Below are positions 1-8,678 of a stretch of DNA of 64,000 nt, in pieces. A model generated the notes under the pieces. The model worked only from the letters and a program-made list of their open reading frames with translations, made no database searches and was not told the origin of the DNA. The DNA is from a virus (Duplodnaviria > Caudoviricetes). The position numbers and the translations under genes are program-made. The stretch covers positions 32,001 through 96,000 of the IMG/VR virus record IMGVR_UViG_3300028591_000094. One strand, given 5' to 3'. Each line of letters starts with the position of its first letter. Position 1 is the stretch's first letter.

Positions 1-471
1 TTTCGGTTCGTCGGCTGGCTTCTCCTCCTCTTCCTTTTTGTCAAAATTGAATAAATCGACTTCCTTAATCCACTGGTCAACCTTGAACGACGGGCAAGCT
101 TTATTGGCAAATTCATAGTGACCGTGCACGCTGCCCTCTTTAAGATTATATTTCTTTATCAGCTCTCTGCACAGCTCATACAAAGCCTTCTTCTGCTCGT
201 CGGTTCTGGTGTCCTTCGCGGTCTTGCCGTCCTTAGCACATCCGCCGATATAACAGATTCCAATTGAATTTGAATTGTGACCTGTGGTGTGGGCACCAAC
301 CTTTTCAATAGGTCTGCCGTCATTTACGCTTCCGTCGCGGTATATGACGTAGTGATAGCCTATATCGTTGAAGTTTCTCTTAAGATGCCACTGTCTTATC
401 GTCTCGACCGTGTAATCCTTACCCTCTGGGGTTGCCGAGCAATGCAGGATGATTTCGTTAATCTTTCTCAT
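1..471 (-). CDS. N-acetylmuramoyl-L-alanine amidase (Amidase_2, T7 lysozyme-like endolysin), 3' end runs off the window
   Basis: Manual translation (not in the ORF track): MRKINEIILHCSATPEG...DIGYHYVI...GAHTTGHNSNSIGICYIGG...HGHYEFANKACPSF, with the Zn-amidase HCS, GH and CP motifs. Confidence 0.92.
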   Translation of the reverse strand, partial: MRKINEIILHCSATPEGKDYTVETIRQWHLKRNFNDIGYHYVIYRDGSVNDGRPIEKVGAHTTGHNSNSIGICYIGGCAKDGKTAKDTRTDEQKKALYELCRELIKKYNLKEGSVHGHYEFANKACPSFKVDQWIKEVDLFNFDKKEEEEKPADEPK

Positions 472-528
472 TTTAATTGTATTTATATATAAATATAAGG
501 AAATTTCCGTTTATAACCAAATTTAGGT

Positions 529-1200
529 ATGAAAAAAACTGTCAAATTGACTGAAAGTGAGTTGAAAGGATTAATCAAAGAGGCTGCAACTCGCGTCCTC
601 AACGAATACGGCGGCATGAAGTACCGCTACCACAAGGAACCTCTTCACATATATAATGGAATGGTTGTGCTAAGGCACGACTCGAGCACCAGAATAACCA
701 ACGGCAAGATTGACCGCACTGGGCGCGGATACAACGGATATTCCAAAAATTCCGACAGGGGAAACTACTTCTGGGCGTCGGAATCGATAGGTCACGACCC
801 CTCGAACGGGAAAATGTACAGTTACTACTGTTTTGTCGACCCGTCGCTGATATATGACTACGAGAAAAATCCGAAAGGATACGAGTCTCTCGACGATGCA
901 ATGGACAACGAGCCGTATGTGTCTGGTCGTTGGGGTGACGGTGCAATCGCTGTCATGACCGACCACCCAACACCGATTTCCTACATCTGGAGTGACGACC
1001 ACAGTGGTGACGACCTCGACAGTGGTCTGTTCGACGCCAAATGGCACATGCTCCGAAGTGGAACCGTCACATACAGGAAAAGAATCAACGCCGCCCTAGC
1101 GAGAAAACTAAGACCTAACATTGACAAACCAGTTCCAGATTTTCTCGCAGACTATGGTTTCAGCTATGAAGACGTTGTCAACCACGAAGTCTATTATTAA
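529..1200 (+). CDS. Hypothetical late protein with N-terminal KLTESEL..LIKE leader; possible ART-like fold
   Basis: 223 aa ORF, TATTTAT motif upstream; H-x-S and YF motifs only weakly ART-like. Confidence 0.6.
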   Translation: MKKTVKLTESELKGLIKEAATRVLNEYGGMKYRYHKEPLHIYNGMVVLRHDSSTRITNGKIDRTGRGYNGYSKNSDRGNYFWASESIGHDPSNGKMYSYYCFVDPSLIYDYEKNPKGYESLDDAMDNEPYVSGRWGDGAIAVMTDHPTPISYIWSDDHSGDDLDSGLFDAKWHMLRSGTVTYRKRINAALARKLRPNIDKPVPDFLADYGFSYEDVVNHEVYY

Positions 1201-2186
1201 TATCGCAACTGCTTGAAATACTGAATTGTTCTGTTGATTCCGTCAGCAAACGAAACCTTAGGTTCCCAACCGAGAACTTTTTTTGCCTTTGAGATGTCTG
1301 GCTTTCTGACAAGCGGGTCATCCGATGGCAACTCCTTAAAAACTATTTTGGATTTATCATCCTCGCCATTCACAACTTTGTTGATATGTTTGGCTATATC
1401 CAGTATTGTCATTTCGTTGGGGTTTCCGAGATTGACGGGACCGATTTCATCCGAATCCATCATCAATAACAGTCCTTCAACCAAGTCGTCCACATAACAC
1501 AGACTCCTGGTTTGTGACCCGTCGCCATAGACGGTGATGTCCTTCCCGTCTAACGCCTGGTTGATAAAATTGGAAACACAACGCCCGTCGTCTGGTCGCA
1601 TATAAGGACCGTAGGTGTTGAATATTCTTACAACACGCACATCAACGCCTTGTTTTCTATGGTAATCGAAACACAGCGACTCACCACATCTCTTCCCCTC
1701 ATCATAACACGACCTGATACCACTACAATTCACATTTCCCCTGTAGCTTTCTTTCTGCGGATGTTCCAACGGGTCACCGTAGACTTCGCTCGTTGATGTG
1801 TACAGGTACCTGCAGCCGTACTCCCTTGCGATTTCCAGCAGATTTATACTTCCGTCGACACAAGTCCTGGTTGTATGTATCGGGTCGGCTTGGTAGAACG
1901 GAGGCGACGCTGGGCATGCCAGGTTCCAAATTCGGCACTCATTGCCTTTCACATAAGGCATGATGTTACGTTCCATTATCGCGTTCAATATCGGCTTGTC
2001 AACAATGTCACAAACCCATGCAACAACCATCGGATTATCCAGTGATTGAATGTTTTCAACCACTCCGCTCGATAGGTTGTCTAATATGAATATGAAGTTA
2101 TTATCATCCTTCAACAAACGTTTGACCAGGTTCATACCGATGAACCCAGCCCCACCTGCAATGATATGGTATTTGATTTCATCCAT
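1197..2186 (-). CDS. UDP-glucuronic acid decarboxylase / NAD-dependent epimerase-dehydratase (extended SDR)
   Basis: GGAGFIG, LACPASP, STSEVYGDP, YDEGKR, RIFNTYGP, GDGSQTRS motifs. Confidence 0.93.
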   Translation of the reverse strand: MDEIKYHIIAGGAGFIGMNLVKRLLKDDNNFIFILDNLSSGVVENIQSLDNPMVVAWVCDIVDKPILNAIMERNIMPYVKGNECRIWNLACPASPPFYQADPIHTTRTCVDGSINLLEIAREYGCRYLYTSTSEVYGDPLEHPQKESYRGNVNCSGIRSCYDEGKRCGESLCFDYHRKQGVDVRVVRIFNTYGPYMRPDDGRCVSNFINQALDGKDITVYGDGSQTRSLCYVDDLVEGLLLMMDSDEIGPVNLGNPNEMTILDIAKHINKVVNGEDDKSKIVFKELPSDDPLVRKPDISKAKKVLGWEPKVSFADGINRTIQYFKQLRY

Positions 2187-3007
2187 TATTCTTGAGTTGT
2201 TTCCTCTTTATGTTCTTCAATGTACCACTCGTCGAGTTTTTTCTCAGTCTGGCGCCACTCGGTGTCGTTGAAATAGTGTCCAGCGTTACGCTTTGCGTCC
2301 AGACAGTGTTTGCATAAATCAAACTTGGCTGTGTACATGAACTCAACAACATCCGTCTTGAACGGCTTGGCTGTAAGGTCTATGTATTCGTCACCCTCCA
2401 CTTTCAACTTATGCTGCCCCTTGAAATACTCGTCAAAATACTTGAATTGGGCGGCATACTGGCAGGGATACAGCTTTCCGTCGACCAACTGACAACAAGC
2501 ACCCCTCGATGCACATGTATAAATTTCCTCATCATCAGTGCATTCGTTTCCCGAGAAAAACACCTTATGGAAGTGTTCGGCGTTCAAACGGTAGTTCAAA
2601 GTGCCGTCAATTTTGGACGGGATATCCCAAAACTTGTCACCCACAAGCGGATAATACGTTCCCAGTACGTTGATATTGTTCTCATGTATCACAGCCTTGT
2701 ATTTGTCCATTGAGTCCGCCCTGGTTCCGTTGGTGTACATTGTTATCTCGTTGTATGGAAAGTATTGTCGGGCAATTTGCATGATTTCATCTAGCTGAGG
2801 ATGAAGCGTACACTCGCCGCCTGTTAGTGTCAGTCCCACGAAACAGTCAGCATAACAGCTCAGAATCTCCAAGTCCTTTTTTATTGTGTCAATCGTCTTG
2901 TGTCCCACCGTCGGCGGTACGAGACACGAAAAGTGACCGCAGCTCACGCAGTTGAGGTTACAGCGGTCGGTTACATGGTAGTCTATGTTATCTATTTTCC
3001 TAGGCAT
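2186..3007 (-). CDS. Radical SAM protein
   Basis: CNLNCVSC (CxxxCxxC), TGGE, TNG and C-terminal Cys cluster. Confidence 0.88.
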   Translation of the reverse strand: MPRKIDNIDYHVTDRCNLNCVSCGHFSCLVPPTVGHKTIDTIKKDLEILSCYADCFVGLTLTGGECTLHPQLDEIMQIARQYFPYNEITMYTNGTRADSMDKYKAVIHENNINVLGTYYPLVGDKFWDIPSKIDGTLNYRLNAEHFHKVFFSGNECTDDEEIYTCASRGACCQLVDGKLYPCQYAAQFKYFDEYFKGQHKLKVEGDEYIDLTAKPFKTDVVEFMYTAKFDLCKHCLDAKRNAGHYFNDTEWRQTEKKLDEWYIEEHKEETTQE

Positions 3008-3779
3008 CGTATCTGCAAATAAACACATCTTCCTCGCTGGGCAAAATCGACGTGTAGCCCAGTTTGGTTATAAATCCGAATAAATCGTATCTCATTTTTT
3101 TCTTGGCTTCGGACAGTTCTGGGGAATCTGTTTTCTCAACATTCCACGACTCTACAACCAACGTTGGATATTTCGATTCCTTTATCGTCTCGACGGCGCC
3201 CTTCAGTACGTTCAGCTCAAAACCCTCCACGTCGATTTTCATCAATCCGACATTCTTTATACCGAAGGAATCCAAAGTCTTGACTGGCAGTTCCGTACTA
3301 TGCACATAGTCGTTTTTGTACCAGTCGTACATATGCTCGATAGCATGTGAGGTTGGGTCGTCCGTCGCCTTGGTGAACTTGTTTCCGCCGCCCAATTCAT
3401 CTAAAAAGGTGTATTTCAACGTTTCGTCTTTATCTGACAGCCCCATGTTCACTAGTGTGGTTTTTTCGGACAGATTATATAGAGCAATATTACCACACAG
3501 GATATTATATACATGTCTGTTCGGTTCAAAGGCATATGAATGTTTGAAAATTGGCGCCAGCACCATGGTGTAGGTTCCAACATTAGCCCCGACATCGATG
3601 AACACCTTGTCGCCCATTTTACCCTGCAGTTCGTTAAGCAGGGTGTTTATAGTGTTTACCTCGGTTGAATACATCCCACTCAACAGAAGGTTGGTGGCAA
3701 ACCCCATGTCGTCGGGCATGAAGTAGGCTCCAGATGGGTCTAGATGCTCAACCCGTTCCTGATACTTGTAATAAATCAT
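3000..3779 (-). CDS. FkbM-family methyltransferase
   Basis: FIDVGANVG, AFEP, KIDVEGFE motifs. Confidence 0.9.
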   Translation of the reverse strand: MIYYKYQERVEHLDPSGAYFMPDDMGFATNLLLSGMYSTEVNTINTLLNELQGKMGDKVFIDVGANVGTYTMVLAPIFKHSYAFEPNRHVYNILCGNIALYNLSEKTTLVNMGLSDKDETLKYTFLDELGGGNKFTKATDDPTSHAIEHMYDWYKNDYVHSTELPVKTLDSFGIKNVGLMKIDVEGFELNVLKGAVETIKESKYPTLVVESWNVEKTDSPELSEAKKKMRYDLFGFITKLGYTSILPSEEDVFICRYDA

Positions 3780-3806
3780 TGTCTAAATTTGTTTACGGTT
3801 AACGTG

Positions 3807-3842
3807 CAAGAAAGTCCACTGCTTTAGCTGTGGGATGAATTG
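3807..3842 (+). mobile_element. Orphan IS200/IS605-type end palindrome
   Basis: CAAGAAAGTCCACTGCTTTAGCTGTGGGATGAATTG parallels the IS left end near 58.9 kb (CAAGAAAACCCCGAAATCTTTAGTTTCGGGGATGAATTG on -). Confidence 0.7.
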
Positions 3843-3938
3843 CATTCTATTATTAATATACGAAAATTTTCCAACATAGTCAAACAAAAAAAAAGCCGCT
3901 ACAACAGCAGCGGCTCTTTGATAATGAAAAGGTAACGA

Positions 3939-4325
3939 TTATTTCTTGGTAATCTGTTTTGGTAGGAGTTTAATCCATTCAAGGATTTTCTGCATAAACT
4001 CATAGCTCCATGCGCCGTTTGCCATACCAGTCATACCGACAATCACACCAACCACGAATGCCCAGCTTGTCCAACAAGTCACGCAGAAAGCAGCAAAGAT
4101 GCCAATGTTGAAACCGAGACCGATAGCCAGCACAATGCCAGTGCAGACGAACGAAGTGATGAACGAAAGCATGTGGTCAGGCCATTTCTTGCCAGCCTCT
4201 TTCGCCTTTTTGTACCAGTCGAATTTTGCCGACCAGTTCTTCAGAATCTGAGTCAACGCCACAACCAGGGCTGACAGACCGAGCAGACTATAGACCGCAG
4301 CGGTAATCATTTCAAATGTAATCAT
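3939..4325 (-). CDS. Small membrane protein (about 3 TM), holin-like
   Basis: Three hydrophobic segments and a basic C-terminus. Confidence 0.55.
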   Translation of the reverse strand: MITFEMITAAVYSLLGLSALVVALTQILKNWSAKFDWYKKAKEAGKKWPDHMLSFITSFVCTGIVLAIGLGFNIGIFAAFCVTCWTSWAFVVGVIVGMTGMANGAWSYEFMQKILEWIKLLPKQITKK

Positions 4326-4370
4326 AATTTAGAAATTTTTGTGATTGAAATTATTAATTGTATTTTCTTT

Positions 4371-4982
4371 TTAGAGAATTTGTTGTGTGTCGAGTGCTTC
4401 CGACGCATCGATAATCAGACCAGTGTGGGAGTTCATTACCACAAAGTCGTTCGGGGTGCCGAATAGGTAGTATGCCTCGATGGGGAACGGGGGGTAGATG
4501 GGAACTCGCAATACGCATACATTGCTGTTGGGTACAATGCCGTCCCAAGCCTGCAGGTGGCGAACAGCCTCATCCAATGTCATCATAAGGGTGTCGTTCA
4601 CATCGATTGGAGCACATTCAAGCCATTGTCCTTTGATAAACTCAATATCAACACTGTCGGTACCGTAGCATCCCTCATGGTGGGTGAACTTTACACATGT
4701 ATCCTTGTCCAACAGCTGGAACAGTACGATAACTTCCTTCACCTTCATACTGTCGGGATTGACGTGAGCAACTGTGGTGTCGAAATGCGCCTCGGCGAAA
4801 TACATCGCGAAAGCACTGTCGCCATAGGTGTCGACCATGTAGGCGTAATCAGCCATGTAGCAGTCCTCGAAATCATAGGTGTCGGGTTTCACCTCTGGGT
4901 TGTGAGTGCAAGATTTGCAGCTCGTGCATGCCATCGCCAGAACACAGGTGATAAGCGTGAAAATAATCTGAATTTTTTTCAT
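4371..4982 (-). CDS. Putative lipoprotein (paralog of 5025..5636)
   Basis: MKK plus hydrophobic stretch plus LAMAC lipobox; PIYPPFP motif. Confidence 0.7.
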   Translation of the reverse strand: MKKIQIIFTLITCVLAMACTSCKSCTHNPEVKPDTYDFEDCYMADYAYMVDTYGDSAFAMYFAEAHFDTTVAHVNPDSMKVKEVIVLFQLLDKDTCVKFTHHEGCYGTDSVDIEFIKGQWLECAPIDVNDTLMMTLDEAVRHLQAWDGIVPNSNVCVLRVPIYPPFPIEAYYLFGTPNDFVVMNSHTGLIIDASEALDTQQIL

Positions 4983-5024
4983 GTTTTAAATTGAATTTAG
5001 TTATTGAATAATATTAATTGGATT

Positions 5025-5636
5025 TCAGACGCCAAGCATAAGCATCTTTAACAAATCTCCGTAAGTCGTCCCTTCCTCCTCTCGAATGTCTTGGATAGGG
5101 TTCCCAGTCTCCGAATCAATTGCGTACATGCCTTTACCGAAAATCCACCAACCGTATTCAGGGTAGGGAGGATACAAAGGACGGCGGAATGTAACACTCT
5201 GGGTGGGCAATCCCTCACGTAGGTCTTTCACAATGGTCATACAACCCTCGAACGAAATGTTGTTGCGTGGCTCGATGTCGAGACATCCGCCCCAGTTGTA
5301 GCCTGGACTGTACACGGTGTCGTCACCCTCTGGACTGTGGATAAATGTGATACAAGTATCCCCATGTTGAAAGACTGTGTTTACACCGTCGACAGCAGCG
5401 TCCATATTGTCGATGGTCTTGTTGAAGTGGATATCCACCTCGTAAAAATGGAATGTGTCGTACTGACTTGCTAAATAGGCATAATCGTCGTCCATATATT
5501 TCTGGACATTGAGCGACACGGTGAAGGGCGACTCCACAACGTCGACTTTCTTAACGGAACGTGCATTGCATGACACAACGACGCCGAATACGGCGACCGC
5601 GCACATCATCAAAAATAATCTTAGATACTTTTTCAT
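5025..5636 (-). CDS. Putative lipoprotein (paralog of 4371..4982)
   Basis: Signal peptide with VVSC lipobox; DYAY, DTC and RPLYPPYP motifs shared with neighbour. Confidence 0.7.
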   Translation of the reverse strand: MKKYLRLFLMMCAVAVFGVVVSCNARSVKKVDVVESPFTVSLNVQKYMDDDYAYLASQYDTFHFYEVDIHFNKTIDNMDAAVDGVNTVFQHGDTCITFIHSPEGDDTVYSPGYNWGGCLDIEPRNNISFEGCMTIVKDLREGLPTQSVTFRRPLYPPYPEYGWWIFGKGMYAIDSETGNPIQDIREEEGTTYGDLLKMLMLGV

Positions 5637-5878
5637 TGTTTATTGTCGTTTTTGTCAATACCATTGTCCTCGCAAAACGTGCGGTGCTCGACTGGTATGA
5701 AATCGACACGGATTGACTTGTACTGGTCGTCGTCAGTCATGTCTACCTCAAAACCTTTGACCGCGCAAAGATTGATACCGAAATTGTTCGGAAACGTACT
5801 GAGAAATCCCGAAGGGATAATACAATCTTTTTCGTTGCACTGTGCAATCGCCTCTTCTGTGGTAATGTACTTTTTCAT
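5633..5878 (-). CDS. Hypothetical protein
   Basis: ORF trimmed to ATG (MKKYITT) downstream of the tRNA. Confidence 0.6.
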   Translation of the reverse strand: MKKYITTEEAIAQCNEKDCIIPSGFLSTFPNNFGINLCAVKGFEVDMTDDDQYKSIRVDFIPVEHRTFCEDNGIDKNDNKQ

Positions 5879-5914
5879 CTTGTTTCTTTTTAATTTAGTT
5901 ATTGAATTATTTCG

Positions 5915-5996
5915 TGGCTCGGGAGGGACTCGAACCCTCACCCCCGTAGGGACCTATTCTTGAGACAGGCGCGGCTACCAATTACGCCACCGAGCC
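5915..5996 (-). tRNA. tRNA-Leu(CAA)
   Basis: Cloverleaf; anticodon arm CCTGT-CTCAAGA-ATAGG; long variable arm. Confidence 0.93.
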
Positions 5997-6048
5997 GATT
6001 GTACGGGGTTTTTATTGTTTTATAAAGTCAGGCGCTACCTGACACTCG

Positions 6049-6653
6049 TACCGCGAGTGGGACTTGAACCCACACACCCTTTCGGGCAACAGATTTTCCT
6101 GCCACTCTATGTTACCATAGCCAAACAAATAGTGATGCTGGGACTTAAGTAATTCTGAATTATTTCATCAGGCACCATTTTTTAATGTCCCTATAGTCTT
6201 TTGTTTGTTGTGGTCTGGAATACATCATTACCATATTGAAATTCTTGCAAGTAAGATATTTCTGAATTAAACAGAACCTTCAGAATAGACTTCTGTATGC
6301 TATCGCCACATCCAATATCTAATTTCAACTTAGGTATCTCCTATATACTCTCTACACATTTATGATACTCTCAATGTTGGCATCACAGAGGCAAACTTAA
6401 TGCTTGTGAAGTTTCCTCGGACATTAATTTCTCAATTTAGCACGGTATTATCCTTACACATTATTGGTTAGTGTCTTGTTTGGTCACAATTAAGTGCCAA
6501 TTTACGAAGTCACGCTAGCTGTGCTTTTTGGTTATAAGACTTCTTCAAGTTATAAAGGACTTCCACCGTTTTAGGGAGATTCTACATAGGGATTTCTCGC
6601 CTATGCACTCAATTTTCTAAGTCTGTCGTGTCTACCAATTCCACCACCGCGGC
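6049..6653 (-). tRNA. tRNA-Leu(UAA) interrupted by a group I intron (exons 6619..6653 and 6049..6097)
   Basis: Joining ACAGACTT to AAAATCTGT restores a CUUAAAA loop and a full type II cloverleaf. Confidence 0.92.
6098..6618 (-). ncRNA. Group I intron (IC3-like, trnL-UAA site), no evident ORF
   Basis: 5' exon ends in U and intron ends in G; P AAAACGGTGGAA, Q AATACCGTGCT, R GTAGAGAGTATA, S GATGTATTCC; P3 TCTCC/GGAGA. Confidence 0.88.
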
Positions 6654-6825
6654 ATATTTTGGATTTATTACAAAAACTATCAGCTAAATCCTAAACTGTC
6701 ACCGACACATACGATTCGGTGCCGAGGCTGGCGCTCTGCGTTTCACAACGGAGAGTCCTCGTGAAGTACGATTCCATAGGCTGCGCACACCTCATGGACT
6801 TTGTATAATGTTAAACGGATTGTCA

Positions 6826-7175
6826 AAAGAAAACCCAGCGCGGACGCTGGGGCGGCGCGATTTAGTTCGCGCCAGACTCGCTTTGGGTGCCCATACTAGG
6901 CAGCCATTGCATAAGAAGTTTTGTTGCCATTTAAACAACATCAGCGACCGTCTCCTTCCCTTGTACTTCTCCGCTGTCAAAACCTGTCACCCCCAAAATT
7001 ATCCTTATCTTACAAAGTATTGTCTTCCAACACGAGCCTTTTTCGATTGCGCTTCAGGATTAGCATCATTACCTGCAATGCTTTCGTGCCCTGGACACTT
7101 TGTAATTTTGTGGAGGTGGAGCGAATCGAACGCTCGTCCAAACGGTCTTTCCTCGGATTATCATCAACCGTCACT
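6826..7175 (-). ncRNA. ssrA: Circularly permuted (two-piece) tmRNA; tag (A)GNKTSYAMAA at 6896..6928
   Basis: Acceptor piece ...GAGCGTTCGATTCGCTCCACCTCCA (ends 7111) precedes coding piece GGGGGTGACAGGTTTTGAC (starts 6994); G3:U70; hairpin plus U-tract after the tag. Confidence 0.88.
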
Positions 7176-7179
7176 TTGT

Positions 7180-7258
7180 TGCCCGACGCGGACTCGCACC
7201 GCAGCCTACCTTTCCTCGCGCAGGAAGGTCGTTCTCGCTCGCTATTAAACTATCGGGC
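7180..7258 (-). ncRNA. tRNA-like RNA without a canonical anticodon loop
   Basis: GCCCGAT/GTCGGGC acceptor, D arm, extended stem with GCGCG loop, T loop TGCGAGT. Confidence 0.65.
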
Positions 7259-7287
7259 TACGCCAGCCATTTCAGCGGCTGGTCGTG

Positions 7288-7359
7288 TTGGGAATACCTG
7301 AATCGAACAGGTATTTCATCGTCCAAAGCGATGCGGGCTAACCGTTACCCCAATTCCCA
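7288..7359 (-). tRNA. tRNA-Gln(UUG)
   Basis: CATCG-CTTTGGA-CGATG anticodon arm. Confidence 0.92.
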
Positions 7360-7368
7360 ATTTTTTTG

Positions 7369-7439
7369 TTGTCCCACCCCGAATTGAACAGGGATTAACA
7401 GAGCCAGAATCTGTCGTGCTACCATTACACCATAGGACA
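7369..7439 (-). tRNA. tRNA-Gln(CUG)
   Basis: ACAGA-TTCTGGC-TCTGT anticodon arm. Confidence 0.92.
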
Positions 7440-7467
7440 ATTCAATTTGTATGCCTATTTAACCAAT

Positions 7468-7525
7468 ATGTCAAAGAACTAAACTCACGTTTCAATCACC
7501 CTCACATTATCTAATATACAAAATT
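7468..7525 (-). promoter_or_regulatory. tRNA operon leader: class I promoter, TGTGAGGGTGA and boxA (AGTTCTTTGACAT)
   Basis: Same elements recur at 30002..30056. Confidence 0.75.
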
Positions 7526-7657
7526 TTTCCTAATTAGCCAAAAAATCTTTCAAAAATCTCCAATTTTTTCTATCCACACAAGATTATAAATATTTCCCAT
7601 TTTCTCATTTTGATGATTTTTGAATTTTATGTGAAATTAATTAACTGTTAAATTGCT

Positions 7658-7877
7658 TTATTCTGAGTAACTTGGTTTGAACCACGTATAATCATCTAAC
7701 CATTTGTTTTTTAACACAACAGCATATGCCCTGTTGGATTTGGCTCGAAACTCTTTACATGTCTCATATTTTTTTAGCTTCAGTATAGCATGATTCTTGG
7801 TTCCATTTTTTACCTGTTTTTGAAGGCAAAATCCACTTATAATCTTCAATCCACCCATTTTTTGCACAAAAATGTTA
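7658..7877 (-). pseudogene. Frameshifted, degenerate continuation of the W-rich repeat protein
   Basis: KKYETCKEF..AY..KNKWLDDYTWF repeat unit in another frame. Confidence 0.6.
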
Positions 7878-8513
7878 TCATGTTCTTGATGCAACAAACC
7901 ATGTATAATCATTGAGCCATCCGTTTCGCAAAGCATTTCTATAGCCAGCGGAGCATCTCTTTATAAACTCAGTGATAGACTTGTATTTCAGCGCCTCATT
8001 GAGTGTATTCTTACGATTCCAATAGCCTCTTGGTTTTCGTCTAACTTCGAACCAAGTATATTCATCTAGCCAGCCGTTCTTCCAAGCAACCCCGTATGCA
8101 ACGGCTGCATTCTTCCGAAACTCACCTTTTGACTTGTACTTCTGAGCCTCTTTATGGCAAATCTCCTCAGTCCAATAACCATTTGGCTTCTTTTTGATTT
8201 CAAACCACGTATATTCGTCCATCCATCCGTTTTTACGCGCAACATCGTATGCACTGACAGCATTGATTTCAAATTCATGCCGTGATTTGTATTTCTTAGC
8301 CTCTTCTCGACAAGTTCCCTCATTCCAATAACAGCTTGGCTTCTTTTGGGGTTCAAACCAAGTATATTCATCTAGCCAATTTTTACTCCATGCAAACTGA
8401 TATGCAGCACCTGATTTTTTTGCAAACTCACCTCTTGACTTATATTTCTTAGCCTCTTCATAGCAACGTTCGTAATTGTCCCAATATCCGTTTGGTTTTC
8501 TTTCTTTTTGCAT
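7878..8513 (-). CDS. Tandem-repeat protein (four units of about 51 aa, KPxGYW..EAKKYKS..EF..AY..A.KNGWLDEYTWF), probably a DNA-binding module
   Basis: Internal repeats visible in translation. Confidence 0.75.
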   Translation of the reverse strand: MQKERKPNGYWDNYERCYEEAKKYKSRGEFAKKSGAAYQFAWSKNWLDEYTWFEPQKKPSCYWNEGTCREEAKKYKSRHEFEINAVSAYDVARKNGWMDEYTWFEIKKKPNGYWTEEICHKEAQKYKSKGEFRKNAAVAYGVAWKNGWLDEYTWFEVRRKPRGYWNRKNTLNEALKYKSITEFIKRCSAGYRNALRNGWLNDYTWFVASRT

Positions 8514-8550
8514 AATTTTCCAAAATTAAAATTCAGGTTCACTTACGCAT

Positions 8551-8580
8551 ATATAACGCAAGCGAACCTGTTTTTTGTAC
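8551..8580 (-). promoter_or_regulatory. Class II promoter motif GTACAAAAA-N11-TGCGTTATAT
   Basis: Six copies with identical 30-nt spacing. Confidence 0.8.
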
Positions 8581-8678
8581 AACCGCACTGAAAAAAATTG
8601 TCTAATTACCGAGGATTGTTGCAATATCCCTGTTCAAATCCTCCCTGTCTCTCGGAAGTTCTCTATCTTCCATGTGCT

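Noticed and set aside
7570-7608. 12-codon ORF MRKWEIFIILCG as an attenuator for the small tRNA operon
   Set aside because: No terminator/antiterminator follows, and its codons do not match that operon's Gln and Leu anticodons well.
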